Virus record (IMG/VR): IMGVR_UViG_3300047561_000098
Location: 1 to 25,731 of that record
DNA: 25,731 nucleotides
Source of the DNA: a virus
Taxonomy: Duplodnaviria > Caudoviricetes
Strand: one strand, 5' to 3'
The notes under the pieces were generated by a model. It saw only the letters and a program-made list of their open reading frames with translations, made no database searches and was not told the DNA's origin. Numbering within the stretch: position 1 is the first letter of the stretch; each line of letters opens with the position of its first letter. A program made the translations under genes and the position numbers. Below are positions 16,185-25,731 of this stretch, one piece after another.

Positions 16185-16556
16185 ATGGCTAATACCAAAA
16201 TATCAGCCTTAACTTCAGCTACTACGCCACTGGCGGGTACTGAGACTTTACCTGTTGTTCAAAGTGGTGTAACTACAAAAGTTACGGTAGATAACTTGAC
16301 TGCGGGGCGGGCGATTAGTGCATTATCAGCAACATTGACTAATGCTTTGTCGGCAACAAGTGGTGGTACAGGTTTAACTACTATTCCTACCAATGGTCAA
16401 TTACTAATTGGTAACGGTACAAGTTACGCATTAAACACACTTAGCGCGGGTACTAACATTTCAATAGTTAATGCGTCAGGCACAATTACAATTAGCTCTA
16501 CTGGGGGCGGTAGCAGCGGCTCAGGAAATGCTTACGCTTGGTTCATAAGCACATAA
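16185..16556 (+). CDS. Short tail-fibre-type protein
   Basis: MANTKISALTSAT..LPVVQSGVT anchor; GGTG fibre motif. Confidence 0.65.
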   Translation: MANTKISALTSATTPLAGTETLPVVQSGVTTKVTVDNLTAGRAISALSATLTNALSATSGGTGLTTIPTNGQLLIGNGTSYALNTLSAGTNISIVNASGTITISSTGGGSSGSGNAYAWFIST

Positions 16557-16564
16557 GGAAAATT

Positions 16565-18298
16565 ATGTTAGTCCTAGACACAACATCAAAAACAATTACC
16601 GCAGTTTTATCTGCTGCGCCAGCGACAAACCAACCTAACTATGTTGTAGCTTGGGCAGACAACAATGGCACAACTTTTACAGAAGGTGCATCTGACGGAA
16701 CTACAAATAGTACTACTACTGTAACAATGGTGGCTTCTCCTGCCGCATCTACCCGCAGAGTTATTAAGTCAATTTATATTCAAAACACCGATACTGCACA
16801 AGTAACAGTAACGGTGGGTTATTACAACGGAACAAATACAAGGGTTCTTGCCAAAGTCATACTTAATATAGGCGACACATGGACAACAGATGCCACATTT
16901 GACCCTAATGGGCAGCTCAAATATGTGTTTGGTTCTGTAAACGCAGCAACCCAACTTATTAACCAAGTGCCGACAGCTAATGGTGGTACTAACTTAAGTT
17001 CATTTACCGCAAATGGCATTGTCTATGCCTCATCTACAACCGTTTTAGCTACAGGTAGTGCACTGGTATTTGATGGTACTAATATGGGCATAAATGTTAC
17101 GCCTAGTGCTTGGGGAAGTGCATATCGTGCATTAAATATTGCAAGCGCAGGAAATGGTCTTGCTGGCGCTACTGGAGGCGCGCAAACTTTTATTACTGCT
17201 GGCGCTTACTTTGACGGCACAAACTGGAAATACGCACAAAATTCATTTGCCTCGTACTACCAAACTTCTAGTGGCGGACATACTTGGACAACAGCCGCAT
17301 CAGGCACGGCGGGTAACAACATTACCTTTACAACTGTAATGACGCTTAGCGCGGCGGGTAATCTAGGAATAGGCGTTACTCCAGCAGTAAAACTTGATGT
17401 ACTAGGAACAATCCAAGCCGCCGCAGCAGCTACACAAGACGCTGTACGTCTTGCGGGTAGGGCTGGTGGTACGGGGACTTTTGCGGTAACCCTTACGCCA
17501 ACAACATTAACTGCAAGCCGGACGTTAACACTGCCAGACGCTACAACTACTGTTGTTGGAACTGATGCAACTCAGACGTTAACAAACAAAACTCTTAGTA
17601 ACGCAACTATTACTGGCACACTTACCGCCGGCGGTTCGGTTGGTACTAGCGTTCAATTTTTGCAATCTACTGGAACAGGTGTTCAATGGGCTCCTCCAGT
17701 TGCTGTTTTAGCAAAACAAACTGATGTTTTTACATCTGGAACATTGGCTACTTATACAGCACCCGCAAATACGCAATGGGTAAAGATTACAGTAGTTGGT
17801 CAAGGTGGCTCTTGTTTATCTTCAACTAGTGTCAGAGCAAATGGTGGTGGTGCTGGCGGTGTAGCATACAAATGGCTTGCTATGACCGCTGGGCAAACTT
17901 TAATTTATACAGTTGGAACAAGCGGCGCAGCTTCAACAGTTTCTTCTGGTACTTTAACTATATCAACCATAACAGCTAACGCTGGTTCTAATGGCACTAC
18001 AAGTGCATATGCAGCATCATCTACAACTCAAACTGCTGGTGGCACTGCTTCTGGTGGTGACATAAATATAACAGGCGGCTCATCTGGAAAATCTTATGGA
18101 ACATCAACTGCTATAACCACACAAGTTTGTGGAAAAGGTGGAGATTGTCCGGGATGGGGAACTGGCGGTGTTGGTGCGGCTATTACTGCTGGTGTTGGAG
18201 GAGATGCAACTGGTTATGGTAGCGGGGCTGGTGGTTGTTTAAATACACTTGGTGTTGGCAGTTCAGGTCCCGCTATTATTATTTTTGAAGCATATTAA
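16565..18298 (+). CDS. Tail fibre protein with a glycine-rich C-terminal domain
   Basis: ATG 16565 with TAAGGA SD; GNLGIG and TQTLTNKTL fibre motifs; GGGAGG glycine-rich domain. Confidence 0.8.
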   Translation: MLVLDTTSKTITAVLSAAPATNQPNYVVAWADNNGTTFTEGASDGTTNSTTTVTMVASPAASTRRVIKSIYIQNTDTAQVTVTVGYYNGTNTRVLAKVILNIGDTWTTDATFDPNGQLKYVFGSVNAATQLINQVPTANGGTNLSSFTANGIVYASSTTVLATGSALVFDGTNMGINVTPSAWGSAYRALNIASAGNGLAGATGGAQTFITAGAYFDGTNWKYAQNSFASYYQTSSGGHTWTTAASGTAGNNITFTTVMTLSAAGNLGIGVTPAVKLDVLGTIQAAAAATQDAVRLAGRAGGTGTFAVTLTPTTLTASRTLTLPDATTTVVGTDATQTLTNKTLSNATITGTLTAGGSVGTSVQFLQSTGTGVQWAPPVAVLAKQTDVFTSGTLATYTAPANTQWVKITVVGQGGSCLSSTSVRANGGGAGGVAYKWLAMTAGQTLIYTVGTSGAASTVSSGTLTISTITANAGSNGTTSAYAASSTTQTAGGTASGGDINITGGSSGKSYGTSTAITTQVCGKGGDCPGWGTGGVGAAITAGVGGDATGYGSGAGGCLNTLGVGSSGPAIIIFEAY

Positions 18299-18308
18299 AA
18301 GGTTAATC

Positions 18309-18599
18309 ATGGTAACAACTTGGACAATTACACAGCTTGAACACAAAATAGCAAATAAATTTGTGACTGTTGCTCATTGGACTGCAACGGCAACAGATGA
18401 AGGCAATTCATTGTCTATTTCCAATGTTTGCGGTTGGCCTGAAAGCGAGCCTACAATTCCATACGATGAGCTTACACAAGACATAGTGTTAGATTGGATT
18501 TGGGCAAATGGAGTAGACAAAAATGCAGTAGAAGCAGATTTAGCTACCTACTTTGAATTGCAAAAAAATCCCGTCAGTGCAACTGGCTTGCCTTGGTAA
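18309..18599 (+). CDS. Conserved tail-fibre-associated small protein
   Basis: ATG 18309; WTITQLE..VAHW..IPYDELTQDIVLDW..GLPW pattern typical of genes next to fibres. Confidence 0.7.
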   Translation: MVTTWTITQLEHKIANKFVTVAHWTATATDEGNSLSISNVCGWPESEPTIPYDELTQDIVLDWIWANGVDKNAVEADLATYFELQKNPVSATGLPW

Positions 18600-18604
18600 A
18601 AAAT

Positions 18605-18907
18605 ATGAACTTACCTCAATTACCCCAAGACAAAGCCAATCATCTGGCTTACGGTGCGTTGACGTTTTGCCTTGTTTTTCTGGTAGCGCATTTCTTTTTT
18701 CCAAGCATTCAATTAGGTTTTGCTTTTCTGATTACAGTTATTTCAGCCGTTGGCAAGGAAGCCAGTGATGCTTGGATCAACTGGAAAGCCACTGGTGACC
18801 CAATGAAAGGGCCGCACGGGGTTGAATTGCTGGATGCAGTGGCTACAATTTCTGGCGGTGTTTTGGCTAGTTTGCCTTTGCTTATATTGCAAATCCCAAT
18901 AATTTAA
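18605..18907 (+). CDS. Small multi-pass membrane protein
   Basis: DKANH, GKEASD and DAVAT motifs with three hydrophobic segments (VanZ-like pattern). Confidence 0.6.
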   Translation: MNLPQLPQDKANHLAYGALTFCLVFLVAHFFFPSIQLGFAFLITVISAVGKEASDAWINWKATGDPMKGPHGVELLDAVATISGGVLASLPLLILQIPII

Positions 18908-18916
18908 GGATTAAAA

Positions 18917-19885
18917 ATGACTCAGCCAATAGACATTATTACCAGAGCCATGAAAGATATTGGCGCTATTGCTGCTGGTGAAAATCCAACGGCTGATGAA
19001 GCGCAAGACGGTTTGGATATGCTTAACGATATGTGCGCCCAATGGTCAAATGAAAACATGATGGTTTTCTATCGCACAGAATTGATTTTTCCAACCGTGC
19101 AAAATACAGTGCAATACACATTAGGGCCAGGCGGTTCTGTGGGCGCTACTTTTACGGGATCAATTGCTGCCAACATCTTGACCGTTACAGCCATTACCAG
19201 TGGCGGTATCACAATGGGCATGACTTTATCGGGAACTGGCATTACCGCTGGAACAACTATTGTGGGATTTGGCACAGGCGCAGGCGGCAACGTTAAAGAA
19301 GCTGGTACTTACACGGTCAGTATTTCGCAAACGGTCTCTAGCACTACGATTAGTGCTTATTACGAACGCCCATTGACCATTGAATCAGCCTTTGTGCGGG
19401 TTGCTACAACACAAGGAGGGTCTAATGTTGCTGGCGGTTATTTGGACTATCCTGTGGCTATCCTAAGCCTTGAGGAATACGAATCTCTTGGCATTAAACA
19501 ACTAAATGGCCCTTGGGCAAAGATGATCTACTATATGCCTGCCGAAACCCTTGGCACGGTGTATGTGTTTCCCAACCCGTCACAGGGTGAACTGCACTTG
19601 TTCACGCAAACTATTTTTAGGCAATATCAAACCATCAACGACACAATTACTTTGCCACAAGGCTACAACATGGCTTTACGGTGGTGTCTTGCTGAACGTT
19701 TGATGCCTATGTATGGCAAGTCAAGCCAGACGCAAATTGCATTGATTACCAGTTATGCAGCACAGGCAAAGGCTACGATCAAGCGCACCAATATGCGCCC
19801 ACCGCAAGTTTCCCGCTATCCAGATGCGTTGATGATGGGTAAAGCTAAAGATGCTGGCTTTATACTCGATGGCGGCTTCCGATGA
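18917..19885 (+). CDS. Head-to-tail adaptor (P22 gp4-like) with an inserted G/T-rich domain
   Basis: [34 protein letters not shown]...[17 protein letters not shown]; upstream of the gp10-like gene. Confidence 0.75.
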   Translation: MTQPIDIITRAMKDIGAIAAGENPTADEAQDGLDMLNDMCAQWSNENMMVFYRTELIFPTVQNTVQYTLGPGGSVGATFTGSIAANILTVTAITSGGITMGMTLSGTGITAGTTIVGFGTGAGGNVKEAGTYTVSISQTVSSTTISAYYERPLTIESAFVRVATTQGGSNVAGGYLDYPVAILSLEEYESLGIKQLNGPWAKMIYYMPAETLGTVYVFPNPSQGELHLFTQTIFRQYQTINDTITLPQGYNMALRWCLAERLMPMYGKSSQTQIALITSYAAQAKATIKRTNMRPPQVSRYPDALMMGKAKDAGFILDGGFR

Positions 19886-19927
19886 TTTATAAACTCGTTA
19901 TAATGGTGGCTTTATTAAGGAGTAGCC

Positions 19928-20422
19928 ATGAAAGCGGGAAGACCAGAAAACACACCAGAAATTTTGTGGGGCAAAGTAAATGTTAAAAATCCTAATGAAT
20001 GTTGGCCTTGGATTGGTAGTATTACCAAAAGCGGGTATGGCAGAACATGGATCAATGACAAAGGCTATTACGCCCATCGAGTAATTTTTAACCTAGCCAA
20101 CCCAAATATGATTCAATTAAGTGCGCCAACAAACAAAAAAGCTAAAGGCTTTTTGATGCACACCTGCGACAATCGTATTTGTTGTAATCCCAATCATTTG
20201 CAAGTTGCTAATTTGCGAGAAAACAATTTGGATGCTCAAACAAAAGGCAGGGTCAAGCACAAGATTGGTGGCGATCACCATCGTTCTGTTTTTACCAATG
20301 AGCAAATTGATGAAATCATGTCTTTGCGTAACAATGGCATGACTATGCGTTTGATTGCGGAAAAAATGACATCCAAATTAGCAACAATTAAATCCTTGAT
20401 TAGAAGGAAAACCTATGCCTGA
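19928..20422 (+). CDS. HNH homing endonuclease with a C-terminal HTH
   Basis: CWPWIG..GYG..AHRV..MHTCDNRICCNPNHL..N..D motif; TAAGGAG SD; TATAAT at 19899-19904. Confidence 0.92.
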   Translation: MKAGRPENTPEILWGKVNVKNPNECWPWIGSITKSGYGRTWINDKGYYAHRVIFNLANPNMIQLSAPTNKKAKGFLMHTCDNRICCNPNHLQVANLRENNLDAQTKGRVKHKIGGDHHRSVFTNEQIDEIMSLRNNGMTMRLIAEKMTSKLATIKSLIRRKTYA

Positions 20423-21890
20423 TTTTGGTTTTGTCGGGGCTTCCTATGAAGCGCCATCTATTTATCAAGACGCACAGGAGTGCATTAACTTCTTTTGCGA
20501 GATTGACCCTACCAAGCAGCAGGGCGCAAGAGGGGTGGTGGCAATGTATCCAACGCCTGGCCTTGTCAAGATTGCTCAGTTATTGGCAGCAGAGGTGCGG
20601 GGCTTGCACACTTTGTCAAATGAAAATTACTTTATTGCCGTGGCTGGTAATCTGGTTTACAAGGTGGATGCCAGTTATACAGTTACCCAAATTGGCACTT
20701 TAGCCACCAGCACAGGCCAAGTTTCTATATCTGATAACGTCACCAATAATGGCATGACTGCTTACATTGTGGACGGCGTAAATCGCTATACATGGATTGA
20801 ATCTACCAATACGTTTGCAACACTGGCAAGCAGTGATGGCCCGTGGCGAGGCGCTACGGTGGTTGATTCTATTGATGGATACAACATATATAACCAGCCA
20901 AATACGTTTAATTGGGCTTGTACTGACTTGAATTCAAGTTCATCTAGCCAAGCCTTGTACGGGTCTGCTAACGGCTTTCCTGACAACATTGTGAGCCTTA
21001 TTGTTGACCGCAGGCAAGTTTATGTGCTTAAAGATGTGACTACCGAGGTTTGGACAGATGTAGGCAATACGATTACAGGGATTACGACTTTTCCATTTGC
21101 TCGAGTGCCTGGCACGACCGTGCAATCTGGTGTAGGTGCGGCATTCTCTGTGGCAAGGTTTGGGACTTCTTTTGCCGCTGTCTGTAAAGATACCCGAGGC
21201 GACTCAACCATTGAAGCAATGGTTAATTATGAATACAAAAAGTTTTCTACCCATGCTGTAGAACAGTCTTTGATGAATGAAGTAACCAGCGATGCGGTGG
21301 CTTATACCTACCAAATTGAGGGTCACGAAATGTATGTAGTGACTTTCCCCTCAGTTGGTGAATATGGCCTAACTTGGGTTTACGATGGGTCAACCCAGCA
21401 ATGGCACAAATGGCTGTCTTGGGATTCCGACCTTGCTGTTTATAAGCGCCATCGTTCAAATTGCGGGTGTTTCTTTAACAATGAATACATCGTTGGGGAC
21501 TATGAGAATGGCAAGTTATATACCATTCAAAACGAGGTATATACAGAAGATGGCGCAACAATTCGCCGTTTGCGCCGTGCGCCTCATATAACCACTGATT
21601 TGCAAAGACAGTATTTTGAATCGTTCCAGATTCAGTTTCAGCCAGGCGTTGGCCTCAGTACAGGTCAAGGTGATGATCCTCAAGCCATGTTGCGCTGGTC
21701 AAATGATGGCGGTTCTACTTGGTCAAACGAGCATTGGGTAACCATTGGCAAGATTGGTCAGTATGCCAACCGTGCGCTTTGGAGGCGTTTGGGCTACGCA
21801 AGGGATAGAATTTTTGAAGTTGTAGTTAGCGATCCTGTAAAAGCTGTCATAGTTTCCGCTGAGTTGAAAGCAAGCGCAGGGGAAAATTAA
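20415..21890 (+). CDS. Packaged-DNA stabilisation / tail hub protein (P22 gp10-like)
   Basis: 491 aa; beta-propeller-like; LRWSNDGGSTWSNE..WRRLG C-terminal motif. Confidence 0.88.
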   Translation: MPDFGFVGASYEAPSIYQDAQECINFFCEIDPTKQQGARGVVAMYPTPGLVKIAQLLAAEVRGLHTLSNENYFIAVAGNLVYKVDASYTVTQIGTLATSTGQVSISDNVTNNGMTAYIVDGVNRYTWIESTNTFATLASSDGPWRGATVVDSIDGYNIYNQPNTFNWACTDLNSSSSSQALYGSANGFPDNIVSLIVDRRQVYVLKDVTTEVWTDVGNTITGITTFPFARVPGTTVQSGVGAAFSVARFGTSFAAVCKDTRGDSTIEAMVNYEYKKFSTHAVEQSLMNEVTSDAVAYTYQIEGHEMYVVTFPSVGEYGLTWVYDGSTQQWHKWLSWDSDLAVYKRHRSNCGCFFNNEYIVGDYENGKLYTIQNEVYTEDGATIRRLRRAPHITTDLQRQYFESFQIQFQPGVGLSTGQGDDPQAMLRWSNDGGSTWSNEHWVTIGKIGQYANRALWRRLGYARDRIFEVVVSDPVKAVIVSAELKASAGEN

Positions 21891-22984
21891 TGGCAACAAT
21901 GCCAAACACCAATATCAACATACCGTATTCGGCATTTATTGACGAATCTACGGGCAGGCCAACTCAGGCTTGGTTGTTGTGGTTGATGAGTCCAAATTTT
22001 ATTACGGTGAATCTTGGCTCTGCATTGGCGGTTACTTCTGGCGGCACAGGGTTAACCACTATTCCCACAAATGGGCAGCTTTTAATTGGTAACGGCTCAG
22101 GCTATACCCTAAACACCCTTGGCACTGGCGTTGGCATTTCAGTTGTAAATGCGGCAGGCACAATCACAATTTCAAATACTGGCGTTTTGTCAAACATTGC
22201 AGGCAGTGGCATATCAGTATCAAGTGCCACAGGAAATGTAACCATTGCTAACACTGGTGTTTTGTCATTTTCAGGTGGCACAACTGGGTTGACCCCAGCA
22301 ACAGCTACCACGGGCGCTGTATCTTTGGCTGGCACATTAGGTATTGCCAACGGCGGCACAAACACCACAGCGACTCCTACAGCCTATGGCGTGGCTTATG
22401 GCACAGGTACGGCGTATGCGTTTACTGCGGCGGGGACAACAGGACAAGTACTAACCGCAACTACGGGCAGCGCACCTACATGGGCATCTCCAGCAACTAG
22501 CGGCACGGTCACAAGCGTTTCTGTGGTGTCTGCCAACGGCTTTGCAGGCACTGTAGCAACCTCTACAACAACTCCAGCCATTACCTTGACTACCAGCGTC
22601 ACAGGTGTTCTTAAAGGCAATGGCACGGCAATCTCTGCTGCTGTTGTAAACACCGATTATTTAGCACCGTCTGCGCCAGTGACCAAGACCGCCGATTTCA
22701 CCGTGGCGGCAACTGACGTTTGGCTAATCAACAACAAAACAGGGTCAACCTGTACCGCAACTTTGCCAGCAGCTTCAAGTTGGTCAGGTCGGGTTTTGCG
22801 GTTTTTAAACTACCAAGCGCAAACAGTTGTGTCGGCATCTTCCAATGTCGTGCCTCTGACGGGCGGGGCTGCGGCTACATCCATTTTGCTGGCAAGCACA
22901 GGCGATTCTGCTACTCTGGTATCGGACGGCTTGAACTGGCTGGTGACTCAGTACATACCAAATAACATCTTGTTGCTGGAATAA
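21890..22984 (+). CDS. Tail needle/fibre-like protein
   Basis: Follows gp10 (gp26 position); TGRPTQAW N-terminus; repeated GTVTSV and NTGVLS fibre motifs. Confidence 0.65.
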   Translation: MATMPNTNINIPYSAFIDESTGRPTQAWLLWLMSPNFITVNLGSALAVTSGGTGLTTIPTNGQLLIGNGSGYTLNTLGTGVGISVVNAAGTITISNTGVLSNIAGSGISVSSATGNVTIANTGVLSFSGGTTGLTPATATTGAVSLAGTLGIANGGTNTTATPTAYGVAYGTGTAYAFTAAGTTGQVLTATTGSAPTWASPATSGTVTSVSVVSANGFAGTVATSTTTPAITLTTSVTGVLKGNGTAISAAVVNTDYLAPSAPVTKTADFTVAATDVWLINNKTGSTCTATLPAASSWSGRVLRFLNYQAQTVVSASSNVVPLTGGAAATSILLASTGDSATLVSDGLNWLVTQYIPNNILLLE

Positions 22985-23033
22985 TGATGAATTACAATCA
23001 TATTAGTCCATTTGTTTTCATAAAGGAAATATT

Positions 23034-23492
23034 GTGAACGATCTGGAATTGCCAAAACAAGTAAGTCGAGAGCAAATAGAACGTTTGCAAGCTGAAATGG
23101 TCAAATATCCTCAAGCTGAATTGCAAACTGAACATTTTTTTAGCCCTGGTATGTATTGCCGCCGAGTTTACCGACCAGCAGGAACATTGATTGTGGGCAA
23201 AGTTCATAAAGAACCCCACTTCTTTTTATGCGCTAAAGGTGAAATAATCGCATGGACAGAAAACGGCATGAAGAAGTTGCAAGCTGGCGATGTTGTAGAA
23301 AGCAAGCCAGGCACAAAACGGGTAACTTTGGCAACAATGGATTCAATTGGAATCACAATTCACAAAACTGATAAAACAGATTTGGATGAGATTGAAGCTG
23401 AATTGGTTGAACCTGATGAGACTTCACTTTTTGATTCTGGAAATAAACTGAAACAAATCGTAAGTCAAATAAAAGAACTGGAAGGGAATTAA
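23034..23492 (+). CDS. Cupin-like conserved phage protein
   Basis: GTG start with AAAGGA SD; EHFFSPGMYCR..GKVHKEPH..PGTKR..H pattern. Confidence 0.7.
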   Translation: MNDLELPKQVSREQIERLQAEMVKYPQAELQTEHFFSPGMYCRRVYRPAGTLIVGKVHKEPHFFLCAKGEIIAWTENGMKKLQAGDVVESKPGTKRVTLATMDSIGITIHKTDKTDLDEIEAELVEPDETSLFDSGNKLKQIVSQIKELEGN

Positions 23493-23493
23493 T

Positions 23494-24165
23494 ATGACTT
23501 TTGTAACAGCAGCATTAATTGGCGGCGGGGCGGCATTAATTGGCGGCAAAATGCAATCAGATGCAGCCAGATCAGCCGCAAATACTCAGCTTGAGGGTAC
23601 AAAATATGCTTCTCAACAACAACGGGAAATGTTTGATCTTCTAAACAAACAGCAAGAACCCTACCGAGAAGCTGGCTATGGTGCGTTGAGCAAAATCAAC
23701 ACGATGCTGCCGCAGTTCACAAGGACATTTACACCTCAAGATTTAACTGCCAACCTTGCACCTAACTATGAATTCATGAAACAACAAGGGTTAGGGGCGA
23801 CTGCTCAAGGTGCAAACGTCTCAAGCCCAGGCTCAAACGTTGATCTTGCCAAAACTATTTTTGCGGAAAAGTTTGCCCAAAGCGGCTATCAGGATGCGCT
23901 TACAAATTTTCGTAATCAGCAGACCGACATTTTTAATCGGTTATCTGGCATTGCTGGCATTGGTCAAACAGCCCAAGGACAAGCCCAAGCACTTGGCTCG
24001 TCAACAGGTACAAACTTAGCCAACCTTGCTACTGGCGGTGCAAATGCAATTGCTGGCGGTCAAGTTGGTTCGGCAAATGCTATGGCTGGAGGTTTGCAAG
24101 GAGTTGGTAATGCGGCAATGATGTATGGAATGTTAAGCCGACCAGCAGTTTCATTAGCAACTTAA
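23494..24165 (+). CDS. DNA ejection / pilot protein (gp7-like position)
   Basis: Hydrophobic G/A-rich N-terminus; Q/A/G/N-rich body; synteny. Confidence 0.7.
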   Translation: MTFVTAALIGGGAALIGGKMQSDAARSAANTQLEGTKYASQQQREMFDLLNKQQEPYREAGYGALSKINTMLPQFTRTFTPQDLTANLAPNYEFMKQQGLGATAQGANVSSPGSNVDLAKTIFAEKFAQSGYQDALTNFRNQQTDIFNRLSGIAGIGQTAQGQAQALGSSTGTNLANLATGGANAIAGGQVGSANAMAGGLQGVGNAAMMYGMLSRPAVSLAT

Positions 24166-24178
24166 TTTAAGGTAAAAA

Positions 24179-25731
24179 ATGGCAGATATTAATCCAATTA
24201 CTCCCGTTGCTAGTGGAATTCAGCCAACGCCACAAATGTCACTTGTTGACATGATGAATCTTGCTCGTGGTTCACAAGCATATCAACAAGCAGCACAAGT
24301 CAATCCATATTTAGCAAAACAAGCGCAACAGCAAACTCGTACAGGAGAAATTGCTTTAAGCGTAGAAGAACAAAAAAATAAAGAACGTTTAGATATGCAA
24401 ACGTTTTTTTCTAATCCAGCTAATTATCAAACAAATGGGCGTATTGATATTGACAAAATAAACGCCGAAGTGCCTAAATATGCGCCTTTAACTGGGTCTG
24501 AGTACATTAATAAAATGAGCACGTTGAGCACGGCGCAAACCAATGCAATTGATGCTAAACAGAAACTGACTCAAGATCAACGTAGCATGATTGGTCAAAG
24601 ATTTTCTATCTTAGGTCGAATGGGCGTACAAGATAAAAATGCTTATATTAAAGAAATGGATTTATTAAAACAAGAAAATCCAGACAATTCTGATTTGCAT
24701 AAATTAATTGACGCATATAAAGTAACTTGGAATGAAATGCCATCTGGCCCTGATTTGCCTGGTAAGGCAATAGCTGGCGCACAAACTTTATTGACTCCTG
24801 CTCAACAACAAACAACATTTGCACCGCAAGCAGGCACACTTGCTACTGGTGCTGAGATTAAGCAAACAGTAACAACACCAAGCGTTGGCGGTCAAGCGCC
24901 AAAGATTGAAGTTGGTGGAACACTAGCATATTCTCAATTACCGCCTGGCAGCCGCATGACTGATACAGGCACAAAAGATTTGAACAACAATTCAATCTTT
25001 AATGTTTTTGATGCAAATGGCAGAGCATTAGGTCAAACAACTGTACCTCTTGGAGTTGCGGAAGAAAAATTGCCTGGCGCTGCCCCTGCGACTACTCAAC
25101 CCGCTGGCGCTGCTGAAGTTAGTGGGCTTGAAGTTAGTGGGCCAGTAACACAAAAACAAATTGTTGGTACGCCAATAACTGCCGCTGCACCTGTGCTTCA
25201 AAATGCACCTGTAAGGCTTCCAGCAGGCCCAACAGCAGCAGAACAAGTTAAAGCTGGTGCTGAGGTAGCGCCAGGCATGAGATTGCCTTATACCGTCAGA
25301 TCAGCAAGCCAACCTTTTCTTGCAGAACCAAGTGAAGAAAAAGATAAAACTGCTGGCGCTGACTACCGCAACAATTTGGTAAATGCTCAAATTGGTTTGC
25401 CGCAAGCCCGTAGAAATACCGAAGAAGTAATGAAGTCAGCAAATGAAATATCTAATCAATTATTTGAAATAGAAAAATCAGGCGGTTTCGTTGGAAATAT
25501 GGGTAGAAAAATTAGATCAGCTATTGGCAGTGATAAATACGATTTGCTTGCTAAAGACTTGGCGCAACAAGCCATTACTCAATCTAAAACAATGGGTTCT
25601 TTGGGTGTAACTGTTGGCGGCTTGGATATGACTTCTGTAGCTAACGGCACAACAAAAATTCCACCTGATGTATTGGTGACAATTGCTAAAAGAATTGAAG
25701 CAGATCGAACCAATATGGATATGCAAGCTAA
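24179..25731 (+). CDS. Large DNA ejection / internal virion protein, truncated by the window end (not in the ORF track)
   Basis: ATG 24179 after TAAGG; frame MADINPITPVASGIQPTPQMSLVDMMNLARG... appears open to the edge (more than 517 codons). Confidence 0.75.
   Translation, partial: MADINPITPVASGIQPTPQMSLVDMMNLARGSQAYQQAAQVNPYLAKQAQQQTRTGEIALSVEEQKNKERLDMQTFFSNPANYQTNGRIDIDKINAEVPKYAPLTGSEYINKMSTLSTAQTNAIDAKQKLTQDQRSMIGQRFSILGRMGVQDKNAYIKEMDLLKQENPDNSDLHKLIDAYKVTWNEMPSGPDLPGKAIAGAQTLLTPAQQQTTFAPQAGTLATGAEIKQTVTTPSVGGQAPKIEVGGTLAYSQLPPGSRMTDTGTKDLNNNSIFNVFDANGRALGQTTVPLGVAEEKLPGAAPATTQPAGAAEVSGLEVSGPVTQKQIVGTPITAAAPVLQNAPVRLPAGPTAAEQVKAGAEVAPGMRLPYTVRSASQPFLAEPSEEKDKTAGADYRNNLVNAQIGLPQARRNTEEVMKSANEISNQLFEIEKSGGFVGNMGRKIRSAIGSDKYDLLAKDLAQQAITQSKTMGSLGVTVGGLDMTSVANGTTKIPPDVLVTIAKRIEADRTNMDMQA

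Noticed and set aside
16343-22183. Diversity-generating retroelement TR/VR pair suggested by the fibre repeat
   Set aside because: Differences are mostly synonymous rather than adenine-specific, both copies are coding, and no RT is present.
8227-25726. Numerous antisense and alternate-frame ORFs within the structural genes
   Set aside because: Shadows of well-supported plus-strand genes, without SDs or motifs.
1-25731. Alternative genetic code or stop-codon recoding
   Set aside because: Core genes are full length in the standard code and coding density is high.

Overview
A 25.7-kb segment of a tailed dsDNA phage genome with P22-like (podovirus-type) morphogenesis genes. It resembles uncultured aquatic proteobacterial phages, but the host is an inference only. 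From left to right: (1) a leftward early operon of small unknown genes plus an LPD29-domain gene, with two near-identical promoter/leader units; (2) a divergent rightward promoter feeding a short, apparently leaderless Cro-like HTH gene that the ORF track missed; (3) about 400 nt of densely base-paired sequence with its own promoter, followed by a protein that resembles only the C-terminal half of a phage replication initiator; (4) nin-like nuclease and zinc-ribbon genes; (5) an accessory cluster with ferritin-like, zeta-toxin-like kinase plus overlapping partner, Cys-rich and GroES genes; (6) terS, a structured spacer, terL, portal, scaffold and coat; (7) tailspike and fibre genes, gp4-like and gp10-like head-completion genes with an HNH endonuclease between them, and ejection proteins running off the right edge. 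No integrase, CI-type repressor, tRNA or CRISPR array is visible in the window. The most unusual signals are non-coding: the switch-like RNA region at 2121-2530, the repeated promoter/operator/leader units, and the structured terS-terL spacer. All family assignments are from motif recognition and synteny; no searches were run.
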